NCBI RefSeq assembly: GCF_004010195.1
Contig: NC_057719.1
Coordinates: 86,746,311 to 86,766,310 of the forward strand
Length of the DNA stretch: 20,000 nucleotides
DNA from: Chiloscyllium plagiosum
Taxonomy: Eukaryota
Direction of reading: 5' to 3'
Below are positions 19,738-20,000 of the stretch, in pieces. The translations under genes and the position numbers were made by a program. Each line of letters opens with the position of its first letter. The first letter of the stretch is position 1. A model generated the notes under the pieces. That model was not told the origin of the DNA and did no database searches. It worked only from the letters and a program-made list of their open reading frames with translations.

Positions 19738-20000
19738 CTCTCCGACCGCACTCTCACCCCGGAACCGCAACCGGGCCACAGGGCATCAACCTCCGGGTCA
19801 CGTTACCCGGGGCAACCAGTCCTCTCTTCCCTGCCCGCATTCTCGTTATCCACTTCCTTGCCCTATTTCCCCCTCCTCCCATTCCCATCCCCATCCTTCC
19901 CGTTTTCCATCTCATTCCCGTTTAAACCATCATTCCTATTTCCCCATTCGCTCCTGACCCTCTTCCCCCCCCCCATTTCCATCTCTACCTCAATTCCATT

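Larger units (their letters stand above)
19640..19860 (-). promoter_or_regulatory. CpG-rich promoter / 5' leader of EIF2AK4
   Basis: The only CpG-dense stretch in an otherwise CpG-poor window, directly upstream of the ATG. Contains TCTCGCGAGC (minus, 19691-19700), X-box-like GTTACC-N3-GGCAAC (19802-19816) and ETS-like GGAAGTG (minus, 19851-19857). The TSS cannot be determined. Confidence 0.75.

Noticed and set aside
19754..19840. In-frame upstream ATGs (19840, 19786) as an N-terminal extension of GCN2
   Set aside because: The frame closes at TGA 19754-19756, and the ATGs lie among promoter motifs, possibly upstream of the TSS.
19349..19957. ORFs 19349..19651, 19551..19757, 19638..19925 and 19700..19957
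   Set aside because: Antisense or out-of-frame reads of GC-rich exon 1 and promoter sequence, with low-complexity products and no recognisable domain.

Overview
Eukaryotic genomic DNA, most likely a shark or other elasmobranch, judged from the CR1/HER1-type LINEs, an HE1-type SINE and Penelope-like elements. The window holds the 5' end of EIF2AK4 (GCN2) on the minus strand: a CpG-rich promoter/leader (~19640-19860) and coding exons 1-5 (19526-19639, 19001-19116, 9441-9543, 5971-6144, 117-197). All introns are GT-AG and the exons join in one open frame encoding the RWD domain and the charged linker after it. The introns are mostly decayed, often nested retroelements and a MITE, with a 500-N assembly gap at 12612-13111. 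Apart from 5956..6144, which is GCN2 exon 4, the supplied ORFs are retroelement relics, antisense or out-of-frame reads, or gap artefacts. I cannot demonstrate a new biological system here. The best leads are (i) short fold-back Penelope-type insertions carrying minimal hammerhead ribozyme cores, two with long target duplications; (ii) an Arg-rich uORF and a (GCA)7 tract just upstream of the GCN2 start codon; and (iii) inverted CR1 copies bracketing exons 3-4. Repeat family names come from recalled consensus sequences, not from a database search.
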